A stretch of 64,000 bases of DNA from Candidatus Heimdallarchaeota archaeon (GTDB lineage: Archaea; Asgardarchaeota; Heimdallarchaeia; Heimdallarchaeales; Heimdallarchaeaceae). The position numbers and the translations under genes are program-made. The stretch is taken from contig JAUVXV010000002.1 of assembly GCA_030603365.1 (NCBI GenBank), positions 160,001-224,000 on the forward strand, written 5' to 3'. Under the pieces are notes generated by a model. That model ran no database searches. It saw only the letters and a program-made list of their open reading frames with translations, and was not told the DNA's origin. Below are positions 41,413 through 51,728 of this stretch, piece by piece (positions within the stretch are counted from its first letter, which is position 1; every line of letters begins with the position of its first letter).

Positions 41413-42157
41413 GTGGAACCTGCAATTACTACACATGGATATTCCATAGTTAACGATATTCCGTTTACTGCTAATGTTTCTGACACTTTAGTAAAATCAT
41501 GTGGCCCTTTTGTGCTTGATACTTTTAATGTCGCAGAACAGACAATAAAGCTTATTCCCAATCCTTACTGGAATAATATCACCGCATCAAGCGGAGAAGA
41601 TGCTAAATTAGAAGAATTACAATTACACTATATCCCAGATATAAATGAGGCATTATCAAAACTAGTCAATGATGAAGTTGATATTGTAACAGATGAAGTA
41701 TGGAGACTTAAACCATTCACTCAGAATTTAAACATAACCTATCTAAATAGTTTAGCTGGGATAAGTGGACTAATTCTTAACACGAATATTCTCAATCAAA
41801 TTGAAGTAAATATGCTTCACCCAATAATTGGAACAGGTGAACTAACTCCAGAAGGAACAGCTGAGGCAGCACTTAACATAAGAAAAGCTATTAGTCATGC
41901 AATTCCCCGACAAACTATCATTGATAATGAATTTGATGGTATAGGAACTCCTAGTATTTCTCCAGTTCCTGATTCATGTGCAGGATTTGATTCAAGTCTA
42001 ACTCCTTATATTTATGACATAGATTTAGCAAAATCATATCTTGAACTAGCAGAATATACTAGTGAGAAAGCATCATTTAGTGGTTATATCATTAATTGTA
42101 TTTAGTTTACTAGGATTATCTAGTATAGTATCCCTTATACGAAAAAGGAAGAAATAA
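41413..42157 (+). pseudogene. C-terminal fragment of an ABC family-5 (Opp/Dpp) solute-binding protein, 5'-deleted, with a frameshift before the TM anchor
   Basis: CGPF, L.PNPYW, RKAISHAIPR..I and YD.D.AK..L motifs; anchor VISLIVFSLLGLSSIVSLIRKRKK* lies in the +1 frame ending at 42157. Confidence 0.75.
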
Positions 42158-42242
42158 ACTCTGATTTCCTCTTTTTTTCTCTTCTATTCAAAATTGTATT
42201 TAGACGAAAATTAAAAATAGTTCAAGATTTCTTATTACTTAG

Positions 42243-42539
42243 ATGATTTACGAAACCGTTGCCCCTTGTAAGAAGAAGAAGGGATTTGAAGGTATCCCGG
42301 AAGAGTTTCATGAAGTTCCTTTAGGGGACCTGAAGAATGAGCTCCTTCATAATCTTAAATCTTACAAATTATTGCGTGAAACTAGAGTTATGCTAATCTT
42401 TCTTGATGACGAAAAAGGCAATAAAATTTCCATCTATCCTTCTTGTCGTGTTTTTGTTCATGGAGATATACAAGAAGATGAAGCGAAAGAGATTATCAAC
42501 AAAATCGGTAAATCAATAGAGAAAATTACTGCTTCTTAG
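42243..42539 (+). CDS. Hypothetical protein (98 aa)
   Basis: ORF track; ISIYPS.RV.VHG...E.EAK resembles a small alpha/beta domain. Confidence 0.6.
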   Translation: MIYETVAPCKKKKGFEGIPEEFHEVPLGDLKNELLHNLKSYKLLRETRVMLIFLDDEKGNKISIYPSCRVFVHGDIQEDEAKEIINKIGKSIEKITAS

Positions 42540-42597
42540 AAACTTTTTTCTTTAAATTGCAAAAATATTAAATATTCAATCTGTTTTAATTACATCT

Positions 42598-43392
42598 GTG
42601 CAAGGCGGAATACACCTCTTATCTGGACTCTTACTAGCTAGTTTAACTAAGAGAAAAGAGTTCAAGTTAGGTGCTGTATTTGGGGCAATTTTACCTGATA
42701 TAGATATTGTAGTTTCTGCAATTGTATATATAATTACTAGAGATAGAGACTTAGCTATAGCAATCCACAGATCTCTAACCCACAGTTTATTATTCATGAT
42801 TTTAGTTCCTTTGATTATCTTATCCATTAGTTTTATTCCGTATGTTAAGAGGAAATACAAGTATGATTTTGTAGGTCTTGCTCTTGGATTATTTGCAGGT
42901 ATAACCATACACATTTTTCTGGATATGCTCTACCTATATGGTGTTTATTTACTATGGCCTTTCAGCAATCAAATGGTTGGCTTTCCGATTGTTCCATTTG
43001 AGAGCTTTAATGAGTTCTTACCAAGAGATATGTTTAAACTAAAACTCTTACAAACTACTGACTTTTACACTGATATTTTCTTTTTTTATGTGCCAATGAT
43101 TTATTTAGCCTACAAAATGGACTTACTTAAAGGAGTTAGACAGCTTTTCATCATTTACACTGTTATCAGTTTTATCACCATAACAGCCTTTTTTGGTTTA
43201 ATGTATAATTATAATATTTCTTATGAAAACCATGTTATTTATCTCTATATTCCAGGAACATTCTTCTTACTTTTTTCAGTAATATCACCTATTTTATTTC
43301 GGAATGTTATTCGGGAATTCAAAATGAATGTCTGGGAGATGTGTATTGTTGTATCCTTGATAGTATTTTCTCAAATACTCTTTTACATTTAA
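42598..43392 (+). CDS. Membrane metal-dependent hydrolase (YdjM/DUF457 family)
   Basis: H, GA.LPD.D, HRSLTHSL, H..LD and LLWP motifs. Confidence 0.85.
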   Translation: MQGGIHLLSGLLLASLTKRKEFKLGAVFGAILPDIDIVVSAIVYIITRDRDLAIAIHRSLTHSLLFMILVPLIILSISFIPYVKRKYKYDFVGLALGLFAGITIHIFLDMLYLYGVYLLWPFSNQMVGFPIVPFESFNEFLPRDMFKLKLLQTTDFYTDIFFFYVPMIYLAYKMDLLKGVRQLFIIYTVISFITITAFFGLMYNYNISYENHVIYLYIPGTFFLLFSVISPILFRNVIREFKMNVWEMCIVVSLIVFSQILFYI

Positions 43393-43395
43393 CTT

Positions 43396-45030
43396 TTAAA
43401 AGTAGTCTTCAATCTTTAATTCTGTAAGAAGTAAGAAAATATCATCCTTAACTAAGGTCTTACTTACAATTTCCATTAATTTGTTAACAACTTTTTCAGG
43501 TACTACTCGTTTATCAGATATCATTAATTCTTTGAAGATGTTAACTAATCCTTCTAAGATTTCTGGATCAGTTGACACATACAAAATTGTTTTGATAAAT
43601 TGTTTCACATCACTTGGAATAAGATGTCGAGTTGTAATCAGCTCTGAATAAGTCAAAAGTATTTGTTCTATAACACCTATATCTTTGTGAAGTTTCAAAC
43701 AATCTACAAATGTTTCAGCAAAGTCCAAAGTGAATTTTTCTGGATTGTTTAAGATTATACTCTCTACAATGTTATATGCTCTAAAAGCCAAGAATGGATG
43801 ATAGGATTTTAGAGTTATATCTCCCAATGTTCTTAAGATTATCAAAATTAGATCAGTATCTAAAGGCATGAAAGTGTATTTCTCAATGTTTTGAAGAGCA
43901 GTATAACAGATGTTCTCTTCTTTTGTATTCAGTACAACTTTCATGATAACTTTTATTGAGGTTTCAACAACTTCTGGGTTTGATTGGAGAATAACTTGAG
44001 TAAATAGCTCAATTGCTGTTGTTCTAACATTTTTTGTATGATGCGACTTAAGGATTTTAATTATTCTCTGAACATTGAGGTCAGAGAGATTGTTGCGAAT
44101 AATAATTGCTTCAAGAGCTTTAAGTCCCATTTCTCTTAACATATCTTCATAAGTAGCTCGAACAACACCTATGATAAGATCAACTAGAAAAGGAATTTTC
44201 TCTTCTCTTGTCAGAACCAAATCAGGATAAGCACACATAGCAATTTCTCTTATTTTTTGATCATATGAGAATGTTAGTAGTTTCACTATATCATTTGTAT
44301 ATTGATTTAATTTTGCTAATGTTTTCCTTTTAACTATTATTTCCTCGAGGCATTTAAACGCAGTAATCCTCATTTCAAAATCTTCAGACGCTTTGAACAA
44401 CATAATATATGCTTCAGCGATTCCGAAATAGGGTGTATATTTGTCAATATTTGTTATTATATTATTAAGGCAGCCAATAGCAGTAAGTCTCTCAGTTTCT
44501 TCTGTACTTACCCTAAGAATTTCTCCTATTCCGATTGCGACATCTCTCCCCATGTCTGGATTGTCAATAGGGAGTAGAAGTATGGAATTTATCAGAGTCT
44601 TTACATTAGGTTGTTTTTTGAGATAACGATCTTTGTCTACTGCCCTAAACAATTGACGTAGTTCGATTGAATCCTTTAGATTATATTTTTCTTTTTTCAT
44701 TCCTTTACGGATTATTTCAAATTCCTTTGACAGATTGAATAAATCACTACCTAAAGTCGGATCTATATCTTTACCTTCTGATTTCAATTCTTCAACTATT
44801 CCTTCATCAAAATCTTCTGAAGTGATTAAGGATGCAAGAGCTTGAGAAGCCGCATCTCTTACTTTGGGATTAGGATCCTGCAATTGAGCATTTAGCAGAG
44901 CTTCTAAAGCTTTTGAGTGACGAAAATTAGCAAGAATATAAGCAGCTCTTTCTCTTTGTAAAGGTATAGAGCTATATTTTAGCTGCTTAATTAAAGCAAA
45001 CATATCAGAAGAATCTGTATCATCACTCAT
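43396..45030 (-). CDS. HEAT-repeat alpha-solenoid protein (probable start 45030)
   Basis: DP...VR.AA..AL, then repeated R..A...L..II units of about 38 aa. Confidence 0.75.
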   Translation of the reverse strand: MSDDTDSSDMFALIKQLKYSSIPLQRERAAYILANFRHSKALEALLNAQLQDPNPKVRDAASQALASLITSEDFDEGIVEELKSEGKDIDPTLGSDLFNLSKEFEIIRKGMKKEKYNLKDSIELRQLFRAVDKDRYLKKQPNVKTLINSILLLPIDNPDMGRDVAIGIGEILRVSTEETERLTAIGCLNNIITNIDKYTPYFGIAEAYIMLFKASEDFEMRITAFKCLEEIIVKRKTLAKLNQYTNDIVKLLTFSYDQKIREIAMCAYPDLVLTREEKIPFLVDLIIGVVRATYEDMLREMGLKALEAIIIRNNLSDLNVQRIIKILKSHHTKNVRTTAIELFTQVILQSNPEVVETSIKVIMKVVLNTKEENICYTALQNIEKYTFMPLDTDLILIILRTLGDITLKSYHPFLAFRAYNIVESIILNNPEKFTLDFAETFVDCLKLHKDIGVIEQILLTYSELITTRHLIPSDVKQFIKTILYVSTDPEILEGLVNIFKELMISDKRVVPEKVVNKLMEIVSKTLVKDDIFLLLTELKIEDYF

Positions 45031-45137
45031 GGTATAAGCTTTACTAGTTACTAGACTATATGAAGGTTTTTTTGTGGTTAGCTGAACCAATTTGTTCTAG
45101 CATAAAGTCTTTAAAACTGGAGTTTTCCACAAAAATA

Positions 45138-46133
45138 ATGAATGTACTTTTAATGGGCAACTTATCTGAAGAAGACAAGACAGCTGCTAAGAACATCATT
45201 GATAAATCTACGATTCTAACCTTTTTCCAGGATCTGAATGAAGATGAAAAAGAAGAATCATTAACCAAAGCTGAGATAGTTGTTGGAGGTAGTCTTTCTG
45301 ATGAACAATTGTCAAAAGCTAAGAAACTAAAAATGCAGCAAATCTTTGGAACAGGAGTTAATAGACACAATTTACAGTTTTTCAAGGAGAATGGAATAAT
45401 ACTCTGCAATTCTCATGCACATTCTTTTATCATAGCAGAACATGGTTTTTCAATGCTTGTTGCAGCGTCAAAGAATCTTCTAACAAGTGATCAATTACTA
45501 CGTCAGGGAATTTGGGATCCTCAAAGAGGAACTTCTGTAACTCTTTTCAATAAAACAATACTCTTCTTAGGATTTGGTGAAATTGCTAAGAATTTCAAAA
45601 AATTCTGTAAACCTTTTGATATGCGATACATAGCACTAAAGAGATCAGAAACATGTGATGATCCAGAAGTTACGGTGTTCTTACCTGATAAGAAGAAAGA
45701 GGCTATAGAACAAGCTGATTTCATATTCAATAGTCTCCCTTTAACACCTAAATCAACTGATTTTCTAGATGCAGAGGATTTCATGGTGATGAAGCCTGAT
45801 ACAATAATTGTTAATGTTGGAAGAGGTGCAACTATAAACGATAAAGCATTATATGATGCACTAAAGGACAGAAAAATCAGAGGAGCAGCTATTGATGTCT
45901 GGTACGATTATCCCGATAGAAGAGGTGGAGGAGAACAAGAACAACAACCAAACCCCTGCTATCCATCATCATATCCTTTTCAAGAATTAGATAATATCAT
46001 CATGAGTGCTCATCGAGCATGGGTAACTGACCTTTCTTTTATGGACCTAAGAAAAGAACTCTTTCTGAACGTTAACAGGTTCATCAAAAGAGAGCAGGTG
46101 AAAAATATTGTAAATCTTGAGGAAGGATACTAA
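45138..46133 (+). CDS. D-isomer-specific 2-hydroxyacid dehydrogenase (probable start 45138)
   Basis: GFGEIA, LPLT, NVGRG, AAIDVW and SAH motifs. Confidence 0.9.
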   Translation: MNVLLMGNLSEEDKTAAKNIIDKSTILTFFQDLNEDEKEESLTKAEIVVGGSLSDEQLSKAKKLKMQQIFGTGVNRHNLQFFKENGIILCNSHAHSFIIAEHGFSMLVAASKNLLTSDQLLRQGIWDPQRGTSVTLFNKTILFLGFGEIAKNFKKFCKPFDMRYIALKRSETCDDPEVTVFLPDKKKEAIEQADFIFNSLPLTPKSTDFLDAEDFMVMKPDTIIVNVGRGATINDKALYDALKDRKIRGAAIDVWYDYPDRRGGGEQEQQPNPCYPSSYPFQELDNIIMSAHRAWVTDLSFMDLRKELFLNVNRFIKREQVKNIVNLEEGY

Positions 46134-47038
46134 GTTGCAGATTCTTCTTGTACATTATTTTCTACTATATCCTTTTCATTTTTAATTTCTTCAGTTTTGG
46201 ATTCAGTTAGTTGAACTAAATCTCTTTTCTTCTGAATTCTATTTGATACAATTGTAGCAACTACAAACATCAAAATCAAAACACCAAAAATGATGTAGAA
46301 TATAAGATTAAAGTTTCCAGCTGCTGTATCCAATTGTTCAGGAGTAAGATTGTGAATATCAATCCAACCTGGAGCAGTGACCATTTGATAACCGATTACA
46401 GCATAGAAAATTGCTCTAGGAATAGAACCAATAAAAGTTGCAAGATTATACATCTTCCACTTTATATTAGATATCCCAGCTGCATAAGAGATGGGATCGA
46501 ACATAATGACTGGTATGGCTCTTCCTGTAATAATCGCCCATATACCCCATTTCTCGATCCAGAGATCCATTGCAAAAACAAATTTATCAGCTATTTTCAC
46601 ATATTCTCCCGTAGCTTCTAGAATAGGTCTTCCACCTTTATTTGCGATATAGTATGTAACGACTCCACTTAAAACTGAACCAACAACACCTACTGCAACT
46701 CCTAACACAACACCCCATGCTCCTAACCAGGACCCATATAACATACCTCCTGCAAGCAGAACTAATTCTGAGGGAATAGGTACAATCAAACTTTGTACTA
46801 TCATTAAAACTAAGAACAAAAGAATCGACCAATATCCTATAGCTTCAAGTGGTAAGAGAAAATAATCGCGTACTAGTTCAAACAAGAAAGTCTTTTTTAC
46901 AAAAGATACGATCAGAACTGCAATAGAAACGAGTACTAACAGAGAGAAGAGTATTACCATCAAGATTCTCTTTTTCGTCCATTCTATTTTCTTTCTTCCA
47001 GCTTCTGTTAAAAGCTTAGTTTCTTCAGTTTTGTCCAA
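46130..47038 (-). CDS. DedA/TVP38/TMEM64 (VTT) family membrane protein
   Basis: PIPSE....AGG..YG, R.IP...FD.ISYAAG. Confidence 0.88.
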   Translation of the reverse strand: MDKTEETKLLTEAGRKKIEWTKKRILMVILFSLLVLVSIAVLIVSFVKKTFLFELVRDYFLLPLEAIGYWSILLFLVLMIVQSLIVPIPSELVLLAGGMLYGSWLGAWGVVLGVAVGVVGSVLSGVVTYYIANKGGRPILEATGEYVKIADKFVFAMDLWIEKWGIWAIITGRAIPVIMFDPISYAAGISNIKWKMYNLATFIGSIPRAIFYAVIGYQMVTAPGWIDIHNLTPEQLDTAAGNFNLIFYIIFGVLILMFVVATIVSNRIQKKRDLVQLTESKTEEIKNEKDIVENNVQEESAT

Positions 47039-47339
47039 GTTAATAACCTCTGGGTGTGGTGAGTATCAGTCTTCTACCTTTCTTGGTCTTCCAAGTTTCA
47101 TAACTATTTAAATGTTTCAAATGAAAGCCAATTGGAGTAAGAATGCATTTCTTAAAGATTAAGAATTTCATTCTCATTCGTGTAAAAATATAAATATAGG
47201 CAAGTATTGAATTATCCAGTTAGAAGCCTTAACATCTGAAGAATGCTTTCTCACAATAAGCTTTTAAATTTGTTTAAAAAAAGAGTTAAGTAAACAAGTC
47301 AGCAATGAACTTATAAATGTTAGAATATTGGGAAGTCTA

Positions 47340-50300
47340 ATGAAGTTTAGGAATAGAATAACGTTATTTGTATTATTATTTTCATTTGTAACTAGTTCTT
47401 TGATTATTCAAACAGGTTCATATGCTTTAGAAGATGGAGTAAATGAAGATCTTTTTCTACTTACTGAAAGAACAGATGAGGAAACAGATATAGAGACGAG
47501 AATAATTTTTGATAATTTTAGCAACTTTCACTTCTTTGCTAAGATAGTTTACGAAAATGACACTTTCAAAATAATCCATGTGGTTAATGATGAAACGACA
47601 TTAATAATAGTAGACGAATATCCCTTAGATTTCTTCGAAGTGTTTGCAGTAGAAGATGGGGTCGTTTTATTCTATTCATATCATGCGTTTTATGATATCA
47701 CTTTCTTCCATATGTACACTTGGACGCCAGAAGAAGGAGGATATGATTTTGAGGTTTACCAATACAATTCAAGAGCTAACTATCCACGCATTAGGGTATT
47801 TCCAGATGGACTTAGACATTTTGATTTATTTCTCATATTCATAGCTAATTATCCGCCAACTTCAGAAAATGCGTATACGAAATATCAACATTATAGAGTA
47901 TTCAGAGATAATGTAACAACAAACCTTTGGTATACTGATGAAGATTTTGTAGAAGTTTGGTCTACTGAAGAAGAATTCGATTATATGATGGATATGCATT
48001 ATGCTGATGGTATGGTGTATACAGGATATCAATATATATTTCAAGGAAATCCTGACCATTTTTATATAACAACGGTTGCCAATAGCTCAACTGGTATATC
48101 AAATATCACCAATGTTATGTTGTTAAATGAAGGAAGGTTTGATCCTAGATTTTTCGTTACGAAGGACGGAATGTTCAATCTTGTTTTAGCTAGAAATTCA
48201 AAATTGTATACAATCAGATATGGAGTTAATGATACTACATCCTTTTCAAACTTCACAGAAACAGATATCGGGATTTTCAACTATGATAGTTTCATCGTTG
48301 AAGAAAAAGATAACTATACTGAGTATATTTTCAATTCAGAGCCGTATCTTGAGTATGATGAGTTCTTTGTTGGTGAAAAATTAAAGTCAACTATTTCCAT
48401 TATAAGAGACAATTATACAGGTATTTTTGAGCTGGAACAATTTGACATCTATAATGTTCCAAATAATAAGAATATCCATTCATTTACCTCACTGGAAACA
48501 GACGATGGAGATCGTATATACACACATTCTACATCATTAGAGGAAGAAGAGGTAGAAGAAGCTACAATCTCTGAAGAGAAACTTATTGGATTTTATGTTT
48601 CGAATACAATTGATTTAGGAGTATTTTTTGAACTGCATGTCTCACAAATAGAGATTGTTGGATCTTTGAATTTGTTCTGGCATTCTGCAGGAATTTATCT
48701 AGTTGTTTTTATTGGTTTGATAGGAATTACGATATTGGTCTTTAGAAGGAGAGTCAAGTTAATGTTCATAAACGCGAAAGCATTTTTGACTAGACCATTC
48801 TATGAAGGTAAATCCAAATTTCTACTGGTTTTAACTAATTTATGGTATTTATTATTCAATTCGCTTTCAGCGATTTATACACTATTTAAAACGAATAAAA
48901 AACGGCATATGATGAACCTTATTGGTATGACAGTTCTTGCCGTTATCATAATAACTAGTACTACCGTTTATAGTTCTAAGCAAGGAGTTTTACTTGATGA
49001 GTATTCTTCTAGAATTGACCTACTCAACTCTGGGATTCCTAGTATGACTTTTACCTTGAATTATGACACAGGAGGTTTTGGGGCTCGAAATCCATTATTA
49101 AAGAATTTTGAACAACTTGCTTTAGGAGAAGTTTTAACAGAATTTTATGTGAATTATCCAAATTTAGCTAGTATAATATCCGATTACGAATATATGACAA
49201 CATTTTATGTAACATTAGACAATCCTGAGATTCCTGGTTTAAATTACGTCAATGCAAATTATATAAGTTTGTCAGAGAACTATTCCACAATCATCAGTGA
49301 AAATCTAGTCTCCGGAAGAATGCCTACAAGCAAAGGAGAAATACTAATAGGTCAGGACTTATTAGGTAATGCCAACCTAAATATTACTTTAGGAGGAAAT
49401 TTCACGCTTTGGGGTTCTCAAGTTAACGTCTATAATACTGAAACTGGAGACACTAATGTTTCATTAGAAGTAGTGGGAGTATATGTACCCCCCTCAGGAG
49501 CAAATTATAGCAGAATTTGGAATGAATACAATCTTCCACTAGATGCAATATCAAGTCTCGATGGATTTTTTTCAACAATATTAGGATGTGGCGAGCTGGC
49601 TTGGCAGAATTTGGAAGATCTTTATCCGTATTATATGTTTGTTTCCACTGTTATACAGTTTATCTACGACTTTAGTGACCTTTCACCTAATCAGCTAACC
49701 CTTCTTAGTCAAGAGAATGAGGAGTTAAAAGGTCGTCCAGATACATTCTTCAGTTTTGAACCAACTTATCGCAATTCAAAATGGGATTATTCAGGAGAAA
49801 TATCAGATATGCTTGACATATTAGAACCAAATCTAAATTCATCTGTTTTCTTGTTCTTTACTCTTGCAATGCCCATAATCTATTTAGCAATGTTTCTGAT
49901 CTCTGAGACTAATGAATTATATACTCAAAGTCTAGAACAGGAAATCGAGATATTCCAATCTAAGGGAGTAAAATCAACGCGGATTGCAGTTAATTATATA
50001 TCATTGAAAGTTGTGGAATCTGTAATTGCTACGGCAATAGGATTTGGAATTTCAGTAGCACTAGCACCTGCTCTTCTGAGAATAGATTCGTTTATATCGT
50101 TTAATAATCCATCATCATCTTTGCAGTTCGCTGGAGTAGGTGTAGCTGTTGCTTTTACTATTCTTGGTTTAGTGTTTATAGCAACTCCTAAAATATGGCG
50201 TATGTCCAAAACTAAAAGGGTTAGATTCCAGAAAACACCACAAAGAATTGCTAGTTTATTCAAGCAGATCAGATTACCTCCAATACTTCTTATTGTGGGA

Positions 50301-51722
50301 GGAGGATTAATGGCTTGGGGATCTCTTGCACTATTTCAGCTTCTATTCCAAAGTATTGGAGGAACAGCTAGCACATCCATTTTAATGGTGTTCATCTACC
50401 TAGCAGGTTTTGGAGTTTTACTAATATTCTTAGGTTTAGGTTTACTGTTAAAAGATTTGTTTTCAATTTTAATGATAGCGATCAGCAAAATTTCGTGGAA
50501 TATTAGAAAAAGTTTAGGAACATTCAGTTTAGTTGAAATAAGATCAGATATTAAATTATTCAAGAATATTTACTTAGCATTTCTACTTATTGTGGGAATA
50601 ACACTACCATCTATAATAAGCCCTACTACTTTACAGCTTAATTTTGAAAAAGATGTCTACTTCTATAATGGTGCAGATTTATATATCAATAATTGGATGA
50701 ATTTCAATGAGTCAGTACTTCTACCCCTAGTACAAAATATAACTGGAGTTGAAAATACAGCTTTTGTTAGAGAAATAGAAGGAGCTGTTGTCAATTATGA
50801 TGCTGTTCAAGTATATCTAATTCAGAATACGACGGAATATTTAGCAACGTCTTATCGACCACCCAGACGGATGTTCAAAGATTGGGATAATCAGATAACC
50901 AAATTGAGCGAAAACACTTCAATGATGGCAACCTACATCTTCAATAAAGAGTTTGCAGAAAATGAGGATACATTTACATTTACTGAGGTTATTCCTCCAA
51001 TGGATATAACATTCAGTATCACTGGTGAATTTGATTATATACCTATTTTCTATACTGTAGGAAAATATGTTCCTGGAGAGACAAGCCGAATAGCAGCGGT
51101 TCTTATGACTGAAGCAAACTATGCATTGATAAAACCGATTATTCATCCCGGTCATTCAGGAGAGAATATAAACGATAGACTACTTATCAAAGTGGCTAAG
51201 GGATTTGATCACATAGCTGTCAAACACCAAATAGAAGAGGAATTAGGAATAAGTGTCAAATCTTCAGAAGAAGATATTGAAACAACTAAATTTGAAAGTT
51301 TCCCATTCTATAATATAATCTCAGCTGAATTTGTGTTATCAATTTTAATCTGTTTAATAGCGATTGTATTTATTAGTATAAGTAATCCATTAAAGATTCT
51401 TCAACAAAGAACAAACAAGAATGACAGACTAAAGAAAATGGGAATATCAACGAAGCGTATAATACAGCTAACGATGACAGAAACGTTTATGGCAGGAGTA
51501 CTACCAGGAATGATTATAGGAACAGGAGCAGCGTTCGGTCTGATTTCACTCTTCCTGATGGTAATAAAGAATTACTTCTATTCAGGAATTAATTTCTTAA
51601 TAGATTTCAATTTAGGAGCGATGATTATAGCGTATATCATCGCGCCAGTGCTGTTCATGTCAATATTCTACTTCTCGATGAAAGCGAATTATGCAAAATA
51701 TATGCCAAGGAACCTGGAGTGA
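47340..51722 (+). CDS. Giant FtsX/MacB-type ABC permease with an extra N-terminal extracellular domain
   Basis: Signal peptide; GRMP....EI, EI....SKG, GAD and LKKMG motifs of two MacB/FtsX modules. Confidence 0.8.
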   Translation: MKFRNRITLFVLLFSFVTSSLIIQTGSYALEDGVNEDLFLLTERTDEETDIETRIIFDNFSNFHFFAKIVYENDTFKIIHVVNDETTLIIVDEYPLDFFEVFAVEDGVVLFYSYHAFYDITFFHMYTWTPEEGGYDFEVYQYNSRANYPRIRVFPDGLRHFDLFLIFIANYPPTSENAYTKYQHYRVFRDNVTTNLWYTDEDFVEVWSTEEEFDYMMDMHYADGMVYTGYQYIFQGNPDHFYITTVANSSTGISNITNVMLLNEGRFDPRFFVTKDGMFNLVLARNSKLYTIRYGVNDTTSFSNFTETDIGIFNYDSFIVEEKDNYTEYIFNSEPYLEYDEFFVGEKLKSTISIIRDNYTGIFELEQFDIYNVPNNKNIHSFTSLETDDGDRIYTHSTSLEEEEVEEATISEEKLIGFYVSNTIDLGVFFELHVSQIEIVGSLNLFWHSAGIYLVVFIGLIGITILVFRRRVKLMFINAKAFLTRPFYEGKSKFLLVLTNLWYLLFNSLSAIYTLFKTNKKRHMMNLIGMTVLAVIIITSTTVYSSKQGVLLDEYSSRIDLLNSGIPSMTFTLNYDTGGFGARNPLLKNFEQLALGEVLTEFYVNYPNLASIISDYEYMTTFYVTLDNPEIPGLNYVNANYISLSENYSTIISENLVSGRMPTSKGEILIGQDLLGNANLNITLGGNFTLWGSQVNVYNTETGDTNVSLEVVGVYVPPSGANYSRIWNEYNLPLDAISSLDGFFSTILGCGELAWQNLEDLYPYYMFVSTVIQFIYDFSDLSPNQLTLLSQENEELKGRPDTFFSFEPTYRNSKWDYSGEISDMLDILEPNLNSSVFLFFTLAMPIIYLAMFLISETNELYTQSLEQEIEIFQSKGVKSTRIAVNYISLKVVESVIATAIGFGISVALAPALLRIDSFISFNNPSSSLQFAGVGVAVAFTILGLVFIATPKIWRMSKTKRVRFQKTPQRIASLFKQIRLPPILLIVGGGLMAWGSLALFQLLFQSIGGTASTSILMVFIYLAGFGVLLIFLGLGLLLKDLFSILMIAISKISWNIRKSLGTFSLVEIRSDIKLFKNIYLAFLLIVGITLPSIISPTTLQLNFEKDVYFYNGADLYINNWMNFNESVLLPLVQNITGVENTAFVREIEGAVVNYDAVQVYLIQNTTEYLATSYRPPRRMFKDWDNQITKLSENTSMMATYIFNKEFAENEDTFTFTEVIPPMDITFSITGEFDYIPIFYTVGKYVPGETSRIAAVLMTEANYALIKPIIHPGHSGENINDRLLIKVAKGFDHIAVKHQIEEELGISVKSSEEDIETTKFESFPFYNIISAEFVLSILICLIAIVFISISNPLKILQQRTNKNDRLKKMGISTKRIIQLTMTETFMAGVLPGMIIGTGAAFGLISLFLMVIKNYFYSGINFLIDFNLGAMIIAYIIAPVLFMSIFYFSMKANYAKYMPRNLE

Positions 51723-51728
51723 TGAGAA

